From positions 1 to 37,139 of IMG/VR virus record IMGVR_UViG_3300014657_000001: a stretch of DNA of 37,139 bases; one strand, written 5' to 3'. The notes below the pieces were generated by a model that saw only the letters and a list, made by a program, of their open reading frames with translations, was not told where the DNA came from and made no database searches. The position numbers were made by a program, and so were the translations under genes. The DNA is from a virus (Duplodnaviria > Caudoviricetes). Each line of letters starts with the position of its first letter. Positions within the stretch are counted from its first letter, which is position 1. Positions 23,198 through 32,290 of the stretch are shown one piece after another.

Positions 23198-25275
23198 TAT
23201 TGCGCTCCGTTCATCGATTTGGCTGATGTTTCAGCCTCTTGTTGGCTAGTCGCGGCTTCAAATACCGCAAGGTCTCGCTCATGCGCATGGTCTTTTGCCT
23301 GCGTCAGTATCTTGATAATCCCTTCCAATTCCTTAGAACCAAGGCTGGCAAAGGCTTTCGTGTGCTCGACTTCCTTGTAAGACTCGTTTTCCATGAAGCG
23401 GCGCTTTGTCTCCTCGCGCTCCTTAATTTCCATACGATGCGTCTCGCCGGCTTCTTGGTGCGCCACAACATCGCCACGAGTCTTGATCAACAAACCGGCC
23501 TGCTGTAGCTGCTGCTGCAATTGCTGAATGGCTTGTTCCTGCTGCTTGATCTTCATTTGCGCAGCCGGAGGTACTTCTGACTTGTCATCAATCTGGGCTA
23601 AGGGATTCTGCGCTGCCATACGATCTGCAATCACATCGGCACCAGGCATATCACTGTTTCGGAACAGCAAATCGCCCGCTATCTGCATCAGTGGCGGGTA
23701 TGCCTTGGCAAGATCGGTCATCATTGCATAGGCTTCCTGACGCTTGGAGTTGTAACCAGGTCCCGTCTCCATCACTACGTCATATTCCCCGACCGTCACG
23801 TCATTCTCGATCTTTCCGACCGCCTGCGTGTCGTTGATCGTGATCATGTCGGGCTTGCCATCATCCCCAATGATCCGCATGACCCGTCTTTCGGGGTAGT
23901 AATGGCGAATCCACGAGAGTTTTATGCGCTCGCTGTGCTTCAAACCTCGGGTAAAGTTATCGTAGAAATGGAAGTTGGATATATCGCTGTTCTGCTGGTC
24001 GGCGTTCAAAGCTTTCCCGCTGGCATTCCCTGCGATCCTTTGCGCTGGATCAATCATTCCCATGACGCGCTGCAAGTTCAGATGAGCATTTGCGGCAACC
24101 GACATTGCCCCTTCGGGCGGCGGTTCCGGCTGGATCCGAATAGGCGGCGGCATTGGATTACCAGAATCATCACTGGTCTTGTATGGGAGATAAGCGTAAT
24201 TAGATACATTCGCCTGCTCCCAAACCTTCTCGAATCCCTCGATCTGGCCCTCACCCACTAACCACTTGGCCTTTGCAGCCATAGCCACAATCTCAGCCGT
24301 CGAGGTGTTCCAAAAGTTGATCATCCTTTGCGGGTCTTTAGCCCCGCGTGTCATGCCAAAGATTCTTTCCTTGCCCTCAATCAGGACTTTCTCGCCATAA
24401 ACCGGAACCACGGGGATATAGATCCCCGGCAAAGTGCGGCTATCAATGGTTTGAACTGCGGTGCATTTGTACCACTTGACCAGCTTTCGCCAGCTTTCAC
24501 GGTCACCCACAACCTTAACCCCGACCTTCTTCAGCAACTCGGGATCTGGCAACTCATTCTTCCAGAACGTATTCCCATCACTGGTCTTTATAAGGATATC
24601 CCGCTGGCGCTCGATCTTGTAATACTCCGCGACCCGTATCGAATCCTTCTCAATCCAGTCGCCGGTAATGTCTCCTACCGCACGGAATGTGAAGTTTGAC
24701 TCATCCGCATCCGGGTATTCCTGGCGAAAGACTTCCTTGCTGATCATGTCGCTGATCATGCATTCCATCTGGTCCGATCCGTCCATCGACCGGCTATGGG
24801 GATCAAATCCAACCGTAAACGGGTTGTAGACAGGCTTGACCTTTATATCCTGGTCAAAAGACTTATCCCCGCAGTATTCCCCGACCAGCCTCCAGTACCC
24901 AATCCCCATCCGTACTTGGAAATTGACCGCAGTATCGTAGGCAACGTCTGCATCGCTGATCTGGTCAATGTGTCTTGAGACGCCGGTAATGATCTGCGCA
25001 ATCTTCTCGTCGGCCTGGTTATTGATGCCGTGCGCAACCCCTCTAGGACGCTGTTGCCGGATCTGGTTGCAGACTTGCCGGATGTAGGTGTCTGTCTCAT
25101 TTACCACAAACCAAGGACGGCCATCAAGATGACGGGTGTTCTGCATCTGGACGCTCCATTGCTGTCCAAACGAGAAATTGAGGTCATCGAGCCATTCCTG
25201 CCGGTTATGGCTATGCCAGTCGTTAGACCGGCGCAGGAAATCTACTGCTTCCCCGGGAATGGTGTCATCGGACAT
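23197..25275 (-). CDS. Portal protein (P22-like)
   Basis: DDL.F..G.QW, RP....N, IP.VPVYG, KDPQRM.NFW, SGKAL, G.YDV...TGP.Y.SKRQE; Gln-rich barrel. Confidence 0.96.
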   Translation of the reverse strand: MSDDTIPGEAVDFLRRSNDWHSHNRQEWLDDLNFSFGQQWSVQMQNTRHLDGRPWFVVNETDTYIRQVCNQIRQQRPRGVAHGINNQADEKIAQIITGVSRHIDQISDADVAYDTAVNFQVRMGIGYWRLVGEYCGDKSFDQDIKVKPVYNPFTVGFDPHSRSMDGSDQMECMISDMISKEVFRQEYPDADESNFTFRAVGDITGDWIEKDSIRVAEYYKIERQRDILIKTSDGNTFWKNELPDPELLKKVGVKVVGDRESWRKLVKWYKCTAVQTIDSRTLPGIYIPVVPVYGEKVLIEGKERIFGMTRGAKDPQRMINFWNTSTAEIVAMAAKAKWLVGEGQIEGFEKVWEQANVSNYAYLPYKTSDDSGNPMPPPIRIQPEPPPEGAMSVAANAHLNLQRVMGMIDPAQRIAGNASGKALNADQQNSDISNFHFYDNFTRGLKHSERIKLSWIRHYYPERRVMRIIGDDGKPDMITINDTQAVGKIENDVTVGEYDVVMETGPGYNSKRQEAYAMMTDLAKAYPPLMQIAGDLLFRNSDMPGADVIADRMAAQNPLAQIDDKSEVPPAAQMKIKQQEQAIQQLQQQLQQAGLLIKTRGDVVAHQEAGETHRMEIKEREETKRRFMENESYKEVEHTKAFASLGSKELEGIIKILTQAKDHAHERDLAVFEAATSQQEAETSAKSMNGAQ

Positions 25276-25468
25276 GTCTATTCCTGTAAGCCTCTATCTG
25301 ATGACTCGCATCTACCAAATCCTGCGCTAGAACCTGAGCTTCCTCCATATCGCAACCCTCAGCCTTGCGCTTGTGTAACTGACGCCAGCATCGGTAAAAG
25401 TCCAGCAATAGATCAACCTCCCGGATCTTAGGAGGCATCGCTAATAGCTTGGCTACTCCATTACTCAT
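25265..25468 (-). CDS. Hypothetical protein
   Basis: Overlapping start/stop within the operon. Confidence 0.6.
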   Translation of the reverse strand: MSNGVAKLLAMPPKIREVDLLLDFYRCWRQLHKRKAEGCDMEEAQVLAQDLVDASHQIEAYRNRHVR

Positions 25469-26025
25469 GCGTGAATCGTCAGTTTCGGACCGTTCTTGCT
25501 CTCATCAACCTTAACAACCACTCCTCCCCGGCTGCGCTTCATCGGCTCCGGTGGCGGGCGCGTCGGGGCTGGAACAGCGCCAAAGGCTACTTGCGGGATA
25601 GGCCCGTCAATGATCTGTGCGCCTTCGGCTTGAGGCGGAACATCGGCTTGTGGCTTCTTCCAGCCCTTCGGACGGCCGCGCTTCTTTGGTGTTTCCGCAA
25701 CAGTCTCTTGGATATAGGTCTGCGGATTCTGGCGCCCCATCATCTGAGCCATCATCGCTTTCATCTCATCCAACTGCGCCTGCAAGCTCGTCTCACGCTC
25801 AGTAGCCTGCACTTGCTGGAATTTCTTGCCTCGGCTCGATTCCTCGGTCATTACAAGCTTTGCCAATGTATTCATTAGCTGCGCCTGCACGTTCGGAATG
25901 CTGTCCTCCAGCCGGCAATTACCCTGTACCCGCAGCCCGCTGGCAGTATGGATAAGCGTTACCCAATGCGGCATAGGCCCCGCTCGGGTCTCGATCTGTG
26001 TCTGTACCGATTCAATGTCAAGCAT
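25465..26025 (-). CDS. Hypothetical protein with KKRGRPKG AT-hook-like motif
   Basis: GGAG RBS; coiled coil; low-complexity tail. Confidence 0.7.
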   Translation of the reverse strand: MLDIESVQTQIETRAGPMPHWVTLIHTASGLRVQGNCRLEDSIPNVQAQLMNTLAKLVMTEESSRGKKFQQVQATERETSLQAQLDEMKAMMAQMMGRQNPQTYIQETVAETPKKRGRPKGWKKPQADVPPQAEGAQIIDGPIPQVAFGAVPAPTRPPPEPMKRSRGGVVVKVDESKNGPKLTIHA

Positions 26026-26188
26026 TTGGCATCTCCGTAAGTAACTCGCCTTCATAGACAAGTTTGTATGTAGTCCCGTTTTCCATGCTAACAATCAATA
26101 CGGCATCGTCAGTGACTTGCAAGCCAGCTATCGCTCCACCGCAAGGAGCCGTCCAAAGCCTTGTTGGCCTAGTCTGCAATTCCATCAT
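26018..26188 (-). CDS. 56-aa hypothetical protein MMELQTRPTRLWTAPCGG...
   Basis: ATGA overlap with the terL stop; fills the gap. Confidence 0.55.
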   Translation of the reverse strand: MMELQTRPTRLWTAPCGGAIAGLQVTDDAVLIVSMENGTTYKLVYEGELLTEMPNA

Positions 26189-27420
26189 CCCGCCCAAACT
26201 GCCGGTCGATATGGCTTATGCGCCACTGATCTCTTTACAATCCCACGCCTCGCACCCTCACACGCATACCGCAGTGCGTCAATGACGTGGTTATCCTTAT
26301 CCTCCAGGATCGGAACTACCTGGTTCGTCAATGGATCTGTCTTGTAGCTGTACATCGTTAGCTCATCGATCAAATGGATACAGCGCGGATGCACAATAAT
26401 GTCAAAGGATTTAAGGAATTCTACCCCTTCTTCCAATGACTTAGCGCCTTTAATTGCGCTCTGGATCTTCGGAAACCCGTGCTTTCTCATGTGGCTGATA
26501 GTCTCCGGTCTCGCGCTGTCTGCGGTTATGGGCCACTTCTCAGCCTCTGGAACAGACATGAACAGATCCGGCAGATTTACGATTTCACATCCGACGCTAT
26601 AGGCTTCGTAGTCCACATACAGGCGGTTACCGTCAATGCTACAGCGGACCAGTACGCTAGGATCAATACTAAAGCCCCAATCGGCGCCCAGGCGATGGAT
26701 CGTTCCGGCTGGTCTGTCAAACTCCTCAACTGCCCAGTTTCTGAATACGCGGCTTTCGGAGTTCCTTTGATACTCCCCAAGCCAGACGTGCGCGTACTTA
26801 TCTGGGTCACGCTGGCGGTCATATTCCATCTCCTTCTGTAAGACAGATGGAAACCAGGGGTTGTCCCGGTAGTTCGCTTCCACCACGTAAGAGCCTGTCG
26901 GCTTTTGCTCTTGCCTCAACAATACGTCTATAGGGTCCGTCGAGAAGTTCGGGTTCCAACTGAACCAGAGTTGGGAATTGTCCAAGCGAATAGTAGGCCG
27001 GAGCAGGTCTAACGACTTCTGGCTCAAGGACTGCGCTTCCTCCACCCAGGCTATGGAAAAACCCTCCAAAGACTTTATCGACTCTGCCGTGTGGTTCTGC
27101 ATGCCTTCGAAGATGATCTGGCCGCCCCTCTTGCTCTTGATTTTGGCGTCCATTACTTCGAAATGCTCTCCCACTTGCATCTGATCTATCTTGATTTCCA
27201 GGAGCTTCTTGCAGGATTGAGCCAGGCTCTTTTGATTTTCCCGGATGCACACAATGTCTGTTTTGCAAACTAGGCTGCGGAAGATAGCCAACTCGGCAAA
27301 GAAATGGCTCTTGCCACTGCCACGCCCACCGTGGGCTCCGAGATACCGTGCGTTCTTCGGGGCCGTCAGCAGGGGTTCGAATACTTCCGGACACCTAATC
27401 TCCAGGCTTGACAATGACAT
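26185..27420 (-). CDS. terL: Terminase large subunit (PBSX/Terminase_3 type)
   Basis: GGRGSGKSH Walker A, WVEEAQ Walker B, GADWGFS.DP, D..NH.IDALRY. Confidence 0.97.
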   Translation of the reverse strand: MSLSSLEIRCPEVFEPLLTAPKNARYLGAHGGRGSGKSHFFAELAIFRSLVCKTDIVCIRENQKSLAQSCKKLLEIKIDQMQVGEHFEVMDAKIKSKRGGQIIFEGMQNHTAESIKSLEGFSIAWVEEAQSLSQKSLDLLRPTIRLDNSQLWFSWNPNFSTDPIDVLLRQEQKPTGSYVVEANYRDNPWFPSVLQKEMEYDRQRDPDKYAHVWLGEYQRNSESRVFRNWAVEEFDRPAGTIHRLGADWGFSIDPSVLVRCSIDGNRLYVDYEAYSVGCEIVNLPDLFMSVPEAEKWPITADSARPETISHMRKHGFPKIQSAIKGAKSLEEGVEFLKSFDIIVHPRCIHLIDELTMYSYKTDPLTNQVVPILEDKDNHVIDALRYACEGARRGIVKRSVAHKPYRPAVWAG

Positions 27421-27676
27421 GCTTGATTTCTCTCAGGCTCACTTCTGCCGTCATGTCTATCTCGCTAGGCTGTACCGCTTTGCCCTCTAGCCTGTCTCCT
27501 AGCTCTTTGAGAGCTTGGAAGTCGCCTTCATCAGCAAGCGCTAGGAGCTTCTCTGCCAGTACATCTAGGGCTACTATCCCATCCCTCTTGGATCGTGCAG
27601 CCAAGGCCCGCTCAATGGCTTGGGACCATACTCTGCCCTTCCTGCCGTTCTGGTTGCCTAGTGGCGCTCCAGCCAT
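27395..27676 (-). CDS. terS: Terminase small subunit
   Basis: GAPLGNQN motif, A.KE..DRLEGKA, directly upstream of terL. Confidence 0.8.
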   Translation of the reverse strand: MAGAPLGNQNGRKGRVWSQAIERALAARSKRDGIVALDVLAEKLLALADEGDFQALKELGDRLEGKAVQPSEIDMTAEVSLREIKHVIVKPGD

Positions 27677-27717
27677 ATTGGTCTAATCCTATCCGTTTGA
27701 TAATGTGACACTTTTGG

Positions 27718-27858
27718 TCACTTGCGCTTCTTCTTTCCTGCTTCCCGCTTTTCAGCGTAGGCGATTGCCAGACTTTGCTTTTCCGGCTTGCCGGACTTTA
27801 GCTCGGCTTTCAGATTATGTTTGAAAGCTGCTTTGGACTTGCTCTTTTCCAGCGGCAT
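27718..27858 (-). CDS. 46-aa basic protein MPLEKSKSKAAFKHNLKAELKSGKPEKQSLAIAY...
   Basis: MPL.K..S..AF..N...E...GKP.KQA.AIAY pattern typical of packaging regions. Confidence 0.75.
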   Translation of the reverse strand: MPLEKSKSKAAFKHNLKAELKSGKPEKQSLAIAYAEKREAGKKKRK

Positions 27859-28174
27859 CGTCTTTCTCCATAACCATAGTAATGTCTTTGTCCTGAAGCA
27901 GGAAATGTTCCTCGCCGTTTAGCTTTACACGCTGGAACATGAATTCCCCGAAAGCTACGTGATCCCCGATGCTTACTTCCATCGGTAGGATTTCTCCTTT
28001 GCGGGTTTTCTTGCCAGGCCCAACCGCAACCACTACGCCAGTCCTGCCTAACTGTTGCTGGCTATCAATGATCTTTCCATCGCGCGGGGCTATCACTATC
28101 CCGCTAATGGTTGCGTGTTCTATTGCAGCATCAGGCTTTACGAGGATTCGATCCCCGGTAGGCTCAAATGTCAT
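27815..28174 (-). CDS. groES: Co-chaperonin GroES-like protein
   Basis: P.GDRILVK, T.SGIVI, G.VVAVGPGK, V..GD.V.F, L.GEE...L...DI. Confidence 0.92.
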   Translation of the reverse strand: MTFEPTGDRILVKPDAAIEHATISGIVIAPRDGKIIDSQQQLGRTGVVVAVGPGKKTRKGEILPMEVSIGDHVAFGEFMFQRVKLNGEEHFLLQDKDITMVMEKDDAAGKEQVQSSFQT

Positions 28175-28509
28175 CGTTCGTTGTCTTTGGTCAGCTTCTC
28201 GCCAGCCATGACGCTGTTCGGGTATGCCTCTTTACCATGCCGATAGAACGTCCCTTCGGTGCGGCCCTCATTAGCTTCGCCAACGTCGCCTTCAAACTTG
28301 CCTACGTCCTTCTCTCGCATGGTGTTGTCCTTCATCCCCAGGCCAATCCCATTGACTACGCGGCCACGACGCTCTCCGCCTTCATCGCTCGCCTTGGCAG
28401 ACTTGGGAATCTTTTCCCCGCTCTCGCCCTGAAGGCCGTAATCTGTGCGGTCCTGGCGCATACGCGGGTTAGGCGTGCCTTTGTCTTGCCCTTTATCCAT
28501 CTTGCCCAT
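28171..28509 (-). CDS. Hydrophilic Gly/Lys/Glu-rich hypothetical protein
   Basis: ORF in the late operon with ATGA coupling to groES. Confidence 0.65.
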   Translation of the reverse strand: MGKMDKGQDKGTPNPRMRQDRTDYGLQGESGEKIPKSAKASDEGGERRGRVVNGIGLGMKDNTMREKDVGKFEGDVGEANEGRTEGTFYRHGKEAYPNSVMAGEKLTKDNER

Positions 28510-28559
28510 TTTCTTGATCCTTTGAAGTGTGAAATACCCTACAGCCTGTTCGCTGTATT

Positions 28560-28733
28560 TTAGAGCCCAAGCAGCTTTAGAGCAGGGGCAATCCAAGATT
28601 TAAGCGCCTCAATCTCATGCTCGGCAAGAGGCCCAATAGCAGCCAAGTCCGCTACCAACTTCCCCTTTTCAGCCGTATATGCGGCGTCAAGGTTCGCTAT
28701 CTTTGCTTCAATTTCTTGCCGAATCGTGGACAT
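28560..28733 (-). CDS. 57-aa helical protein MSTIRQEIEAKIANLD...
   Basis: GGAAAGG RBS; fills the gap. Confidence 0.6.
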   Translation of the reverse strand: MSTIRQEIEAKIANLDAAYTAEKGKLVADLAAIGPLAEHEIEALKSWIAPALKLLGL

Positions 28734-28756
28734 TTGGGCCTTTCCGTATCATCCTG

Positions 28757-29032
28757 TTATAGCAAAGGATTTAGCTCGCGTCTAGTATCTTCAAGCAATT
28801 CTGCCTCTGTCACCCCATACTTGGCTTCGAAGGCTCGCTTACCCAAGCCATGAATTCCGGTCTTGCCAACGTGATGCTCAAAACAGAGCGGAATTCCATC
28901 GTTTCCCCGCTTTCCAAGCATTCCGTTTCTAACGTGGTGGAAAAGGCTTGGGGAGTCGTCAGATATGCCCAATCTCCGGCATAAGCAGCAAGGACGGTCT
29001 TCATAGTATTTACCCTCTTTTGACTTTGCCAT
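28757..29032 (-). CDS. Ref/DUF968-like zinc HNH nuclease
   Basis: CCLC...HH.R.G....IPLC.EHH.G.TGIH.LG.RAFE..YG..E.ELL. Confidence 0.8.
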   Translation of the reverse strand: MAKSKEGKYYEDRPCCLCRRLGISDDSPSLFHHVRNGMLGKRGNDGIPLCFEHHVGKTGIHGLGKRAFEAKYGVTEAELLEDTRRELNPLL

Positions 29033-29297
29033 CTTCTTTAAGCATTCTCAGTAAAGAATTGTTTTTGGTGATGTTTATACACATCAAATCTAGGTAACTC
29101 ATCCCGCCTTTAATCGGAAATCGGTGGCAAGCGTATGTAAACACTCCAGCCACCATGCGCTCTTTAGGTTCGACGCATTTATGACTAGAAGATAGAGTAT
29201 TAGATATAACTTCCGTAATCGTCGGGAATCGCTTGTTCCAAGCCCTCTTTACAAGCGGCGTGTATTTGCTCTTTTTCGGCCCATCGCGTTCTAGCAT
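29010..29297 (-). CDS. Hypothetical protein
   Basis: Overlaps both neighbours in the operon. Confidence 0.5.
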   Translation of the reverse strand: MLERDGPKKSKYTPLVKRAWNKRFPTITEVISNTLSSSHKCVEPKERMVAGVFTYACHRFPIKGGMSYLDLMCINITKNNSLLRMLKEDGKVKRG

Positions 29298-29602
29298 TTC
29301 AATGCCCTTTCAATCCAATTTAACGCCTTTCCAGCCTTGATCTGGTCTCCAGTTACCCTGAGTACCCTCCAGCCTGCTATCGCTGCTTCTGAGGCTTTCT
29401 CGCAATCGCTGGATACATGTTTTCCCCTTACATGCGCTCCGTTGTTCCAAATCCCGCCCTCGACCTCTACCGCAACCATGAATTGCGGCCACGCAAAGTC
29501 AAATCTCCACATCCGTGAATCATGGAATCGCAGCTCCCGCACAAACTCCGGTAAGTGACATAGCCTCATTTGTGCTGCCAATTCGTCCTCAAGAGCGCTC
29601 AC
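29291..29602 (-). CDS. PD-(D/E)xK nuclease, DUF559/Vsr-like
   Basis: E.RFH..R.WRFDFAWP...VAVEVEGG.W..G.H...D.EK...A...GWRVLR. Confidence 0.88.
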   Translation of the reverse strand: MSALEDELAAQMRLCHLPEFVRELRFHDSRMWRFDFAWPQFMVAVEVEGGIWNNGAHVRGKHVSSDCEKASEAAIAGWRVLRVTGDQIKAGKALNWIERALKC

Positions 29603-29829
29603 TTAAGCAATTCCTTGATTCTTTGGATGTCTTTCCTGATAACTCCCAAGTGATAAGCACTCGGAGTACCTGCCTCAATCGCCCTACACGCGAATTCCAA
29701 TCCTCCCATTGCAATCGAAAGGCATTGAGATGTCTTTAGGAGATGGCTCGAATAACTGCAATCTGCTTCTCCAATTCCCGTATCTCCGCTTGTATCAGCT
29801 TCGGTGCGTTCCAAGGTAGTTTTCTCCAA
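29599..29829 (-). CDS. Hypothetical protein
   Basis: ORF overlapping the downstream start. Confidence 0.45.
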   Translation of the reverse strand: MEKTTLERTEADTSGDTGIGEADCSYSSHLLKTSQCLSIAMGGLEFACRAIEAGTPSAYHLGVIRKDIQRIKELLK

Positions 29830-29851
29830 TAGGGGTTTGCTGCTACTCGCT

Positions 29852-31090
29852 TTAATGATGCGAGGCGGAATTCGTTATTTCCGGGAAAATGTTCCATTCC
29901 TTACGTCTTTTTTTTGAAAGTTCAACATATTTTTCGTATGCATGGCTCTTGGTAGGACTAAATCCCAATCCCTTGCACCAGTAATCATTCCGCAGGAATG
30001 TCTTTACCACCTTGCGCCAGCTCGGCACCTTACCGGCGCTCTCTAGCCGCAATTCCGCAAGATCAGGAATTCCATCGTCGTACCCACGTTTACTCCACCA
30101 TTTAATATAGACGGCGAGCTTGTTTTTGTAGTGTTCGCTAGTGCGTGGAGGCATCGTCTTTAAAAGATGCTTGGCAAAAGATTCATAGGTATGGTTAGGC
30201 GGCAGAGCTACATGATGGTTGCCTAGAACGGCGCCCTTATCCTGGCAATATAAAGCGCCTGTATTAGCTCCTGCAACCCGCAGACATACCTTCGCCCACA
30301 TTGCAGGTTCGACTACCTGATACAGCCATAGCCCTTTTCTAGCCTCATCCCCAAACGGTTCACAGATCCGCATTTGGCTAATCTTCACTCCGGCCTGGTG
30401 CATGCGGTCATAGAGCTTGTTATAGGGCTTGCGCTCTTTAGCAAAGTACGTCCAAATATCTTCGGTTCTCCAGTCGTATATCGGGTAGACATTCCAGACA
30501 TCGTCTATGCAATTAGTCGTCCATGCCTTCCCGTCATACATTGGCTTGTCACCACGCGCCACGGTACGAAAGCGATTCAGACTTTCATCGGCTCGAATCC
30601 CAACGAAGCAAGCACAAGATTCACCATCCGCATACCACGCTCCGAAAGCCGGCACAAATTCTTCAAACGGCATTCCTTCGTAATAGAACGGGAAATAGGT
30701 CAAGTCGGTTATGCTTTCCGGTTCCGGCTGGCGCACCCACAATTCGCACTTCTCTCTGTCCCAAGCGGTCCATTCAGGCTCAATTTGCGAGCATGAATTC
30801 CAAGTCTTTATTGGAAGAGCAACCCAATAAGGCTCAACATTCTCTGCATATTCCGCATACATGCGCTTTGCAAAATCAACGGTAAGCCCTATCTGGCATT
30901 CCCAATCAAGCATGAACATGCCAACCTTACGGCCGCGTTTCTTTGCTTCATCCATCACAAGGTGGAGCATCGCGGTAGAATCTTTCCCAGCGCTAAATGA
31001 CAAATAAATCTTGTTGAAGTTGTCGAATGTCCATTCTATCCGCTGTCTTGCTGCGGTTAGCACGTCGAGGTTCAGTCCGCGTTTTGGCAT
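29852..31090 (-). CDS. ibrA: IbrA/YbdN-like PAPS-reductase-family (PP-loop) protein with DUF3440 C-terminus
   Basis: SFSAGKDS PP-loop, VGIRADESLNR, YPIYDW, MRICEPFG, NDYWCKGLGFSPTK. Confidence 0.92.
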   Translation of the reverse strand: MPKRGLNLDVLTAARQRIEWTFDNFNKIYLSFSAGKDSTAMLHLVMDEAKKRGRKVGMFMLDWECQIGLTVDFAKRMYAEYAENVEPYWVALPIKTWNSCSQIEPEWTAWDREKCELWVRQPEPESITDLTYFPFYYEGMPFEEFVPAFGAWYADGESCACFVGIRADESLNRFRTVARGDKPMYDGKAWTTNCIDDVWNVYPIYDWRTEDIWTYFAKERKPYNKLYDRMHQAGVKISQMRICEPFGDEARKGLWLYQVVEPAMWAKVCLRVAGANTGALYCQDKGAVLGNHHVALPPNHTYESFAKHLLKTMPPRTSEHYKNKLAVYIKWWSKRGYDDGIPDLAELRLESAGKVPSWRKVVKTFLRNDYWCKGLGFSPTKSHAYEKYVELSKKRRKEWNIFPEITNSASHH

Positions 31091-31457
31091 ATTTTTCTGC
31101 CCAATAGGCTATTGCGTTATCAGCGGCAGCGTTTGCTGCATCCTGTTGTACCTGCGTCAATGTTCGCCACGCAAGCCTAGTTAGATCCTCCGAAGCATTG
31201 TGATTTATCGCACAGCCTGCATGCCCTATCCATGCTTGATGATTCATTGTTGAGGCAGTAAAAGCCGCTTCGCAGGAATTGGGCCATTCGTCTATCGCTC
31301 GTTTGCATGCTGATTCGAAAGCCTTGCAATCAATCATTAACAAGGCGGAGTTGTCTTGCATCGCCTGCCGTTGCTCTATCGGTATCACTTTCCACATATT
31401 GCTCTTGTATTCCTCGCACTTCTCCCAATGGTGAAATACCCTCTTGAATTTCCTCAA
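30993..31457 (-). CDS. Unknown protein between ibrB and ibrA (likely TTG start at 31457)
   Basis: GAGG RBS before TTG; RVFHHWEKCEE, W.NSCE, N.QAWIG.A.C, R.AW..L...QQ..AN..AD.AI..W. Confidence 0.8.
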   Translation of the reverse strand: MRKFKRVFHHWEKCEEYKSNMWKVIPIEQRQAMQDNSALLMIDCKAFESACKRAIDEWPNSCEAAFTASTMNHQAWIGHAGCAINHNASEDLTRLAWRTLTQVQQDAANAAADNAIAYWAEKYAKTRTEPRRANRSKTADRMDIRQLQQDLFVI

Positions 31458-32091
31458 TATCTTCCTCGCCAGTAAATGACTCGGCTTCCCATGCTTCGGA
31501 AAATTCTCTATCAGCAAAAAGTCCAGAAAGCCCGGTTATCTGTTGCAGCCTCAAAACCTCATCCGATTCCATTCCAAGCTCTATTGCAATCTTTTCGTCT
31601 GACCAGAAACGGCGCTTCAACTCCACGACAATTTCCGACATGGATTCAATCTTGTGCTTTCCACGCGCCCGGTTATGCCGAATGGTAGAAGCCATCCGAT
31701 CATTCTTTCCCTCCTGCGACTCCTTTATCGTAACTACAGGCAAATATCCATGAACGCGCATATGCACGTCCTGACATTCTTTCCCTACTCTTTTACGGTG
31801 GAATCCGTCGACAACTTCTCGCAAATCATCCCGAGGAAAAGTAACGATAGGTTGCGTATACCCGTCCGTCATAATCGAATGACGCAACAATTCCATTTCA
31901 GGCGGAGCAACGCTGTTAGGGTTGTAATCGTTGGAATGAACCGAATCGCACCTGACCCATTGCACGCAATCGACAGGCTCATCTCGGAATGGACTAATCG
32001 CATGAATAGCCAAACGCAACTCATTGATAGCAGCAATCCGATCATCTATCGGCATTGCCTCAATCTCCGTAAGTATCTCTTTTATATTCAT
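31330..32091 (-). CDS. ibrB: IbrB/YbdM-like ParB/sulfiredoxin-fold protein
   Basis: SPF..EPVDCV.WV, NDYNPN.VAPPEM.LL..SI..DGYTQPIV, VVDGFHR, ASTIRHNRARGKH, LGM..DEVLRL.Q. Confidence 0.93.
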   Translation of the reverse strand: MNIKEILTEIEAMPIDDRIAAINELRLAIHAISPFRDEPVDCVQWVRCDSVHSNDYNPNSVAPPEMELLRHSIMTDGYTQPIVTFPRDDLREVVDGFHRKRVGKECQDVHMRVHGYLPVVTIKESQEGKNDRMASTIRHNRARGKHKIESMSEIVVELKRRFWSDEKIAIELGMESDEVLRLQQITGLSGLFADREFSEAWEAESFTGEEDIEEIQEGISPLGEVRGIQEQYVESDTDRATAGDARQLRLVND

Positions 32092-32099
32092 AGTATCCC

Positions 32100-32290
32100 C
32101 GGTGGTGAGCGAGACCCAGCCATCCCTAGCGGTTTAGCTAAGCCTTCACAAAGCATCCCCGTATGGAGCCGCATTGACCCGCCAGTCTTTCACCCACAGG
32201 CACTAGCTTCGCCACCTGGTCCGGTCTCTCAGGGCTTTCCCACAGTACCGGCTATCCATCAACCCTGCCGCTGAGACCGCGACGATTGAT
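32100..32290 (-). ncRNA. Candidate structured RNA (multi-stem), unassigned
   Basis: Stems 32273-79/32222-28, 32261-67/32230-36, 32214-18/32197-201, 32137-49/32109-20, with G-U pairs valid on the minus strand. Confidence 0.55.

Noticed and set aside
29852-31090. cysH auxiliary metabolic gene for sulfate assimilation
   Set aside because: Longer than CysH, lacks the terminal ECGLH motif, carries a DUF3440-type tail and an IbrB partner
31330-32091. Plasmid-partition ParB
   Set aside because: Motifs are IbrB/YbdM-type and there is no ParA
32208-32217. TTCGCCACCT match to the ColE1 origin region (from memory)
   Set aside because: Only 10 nt and on the strand opposite the predicted RNA; compatible with chance
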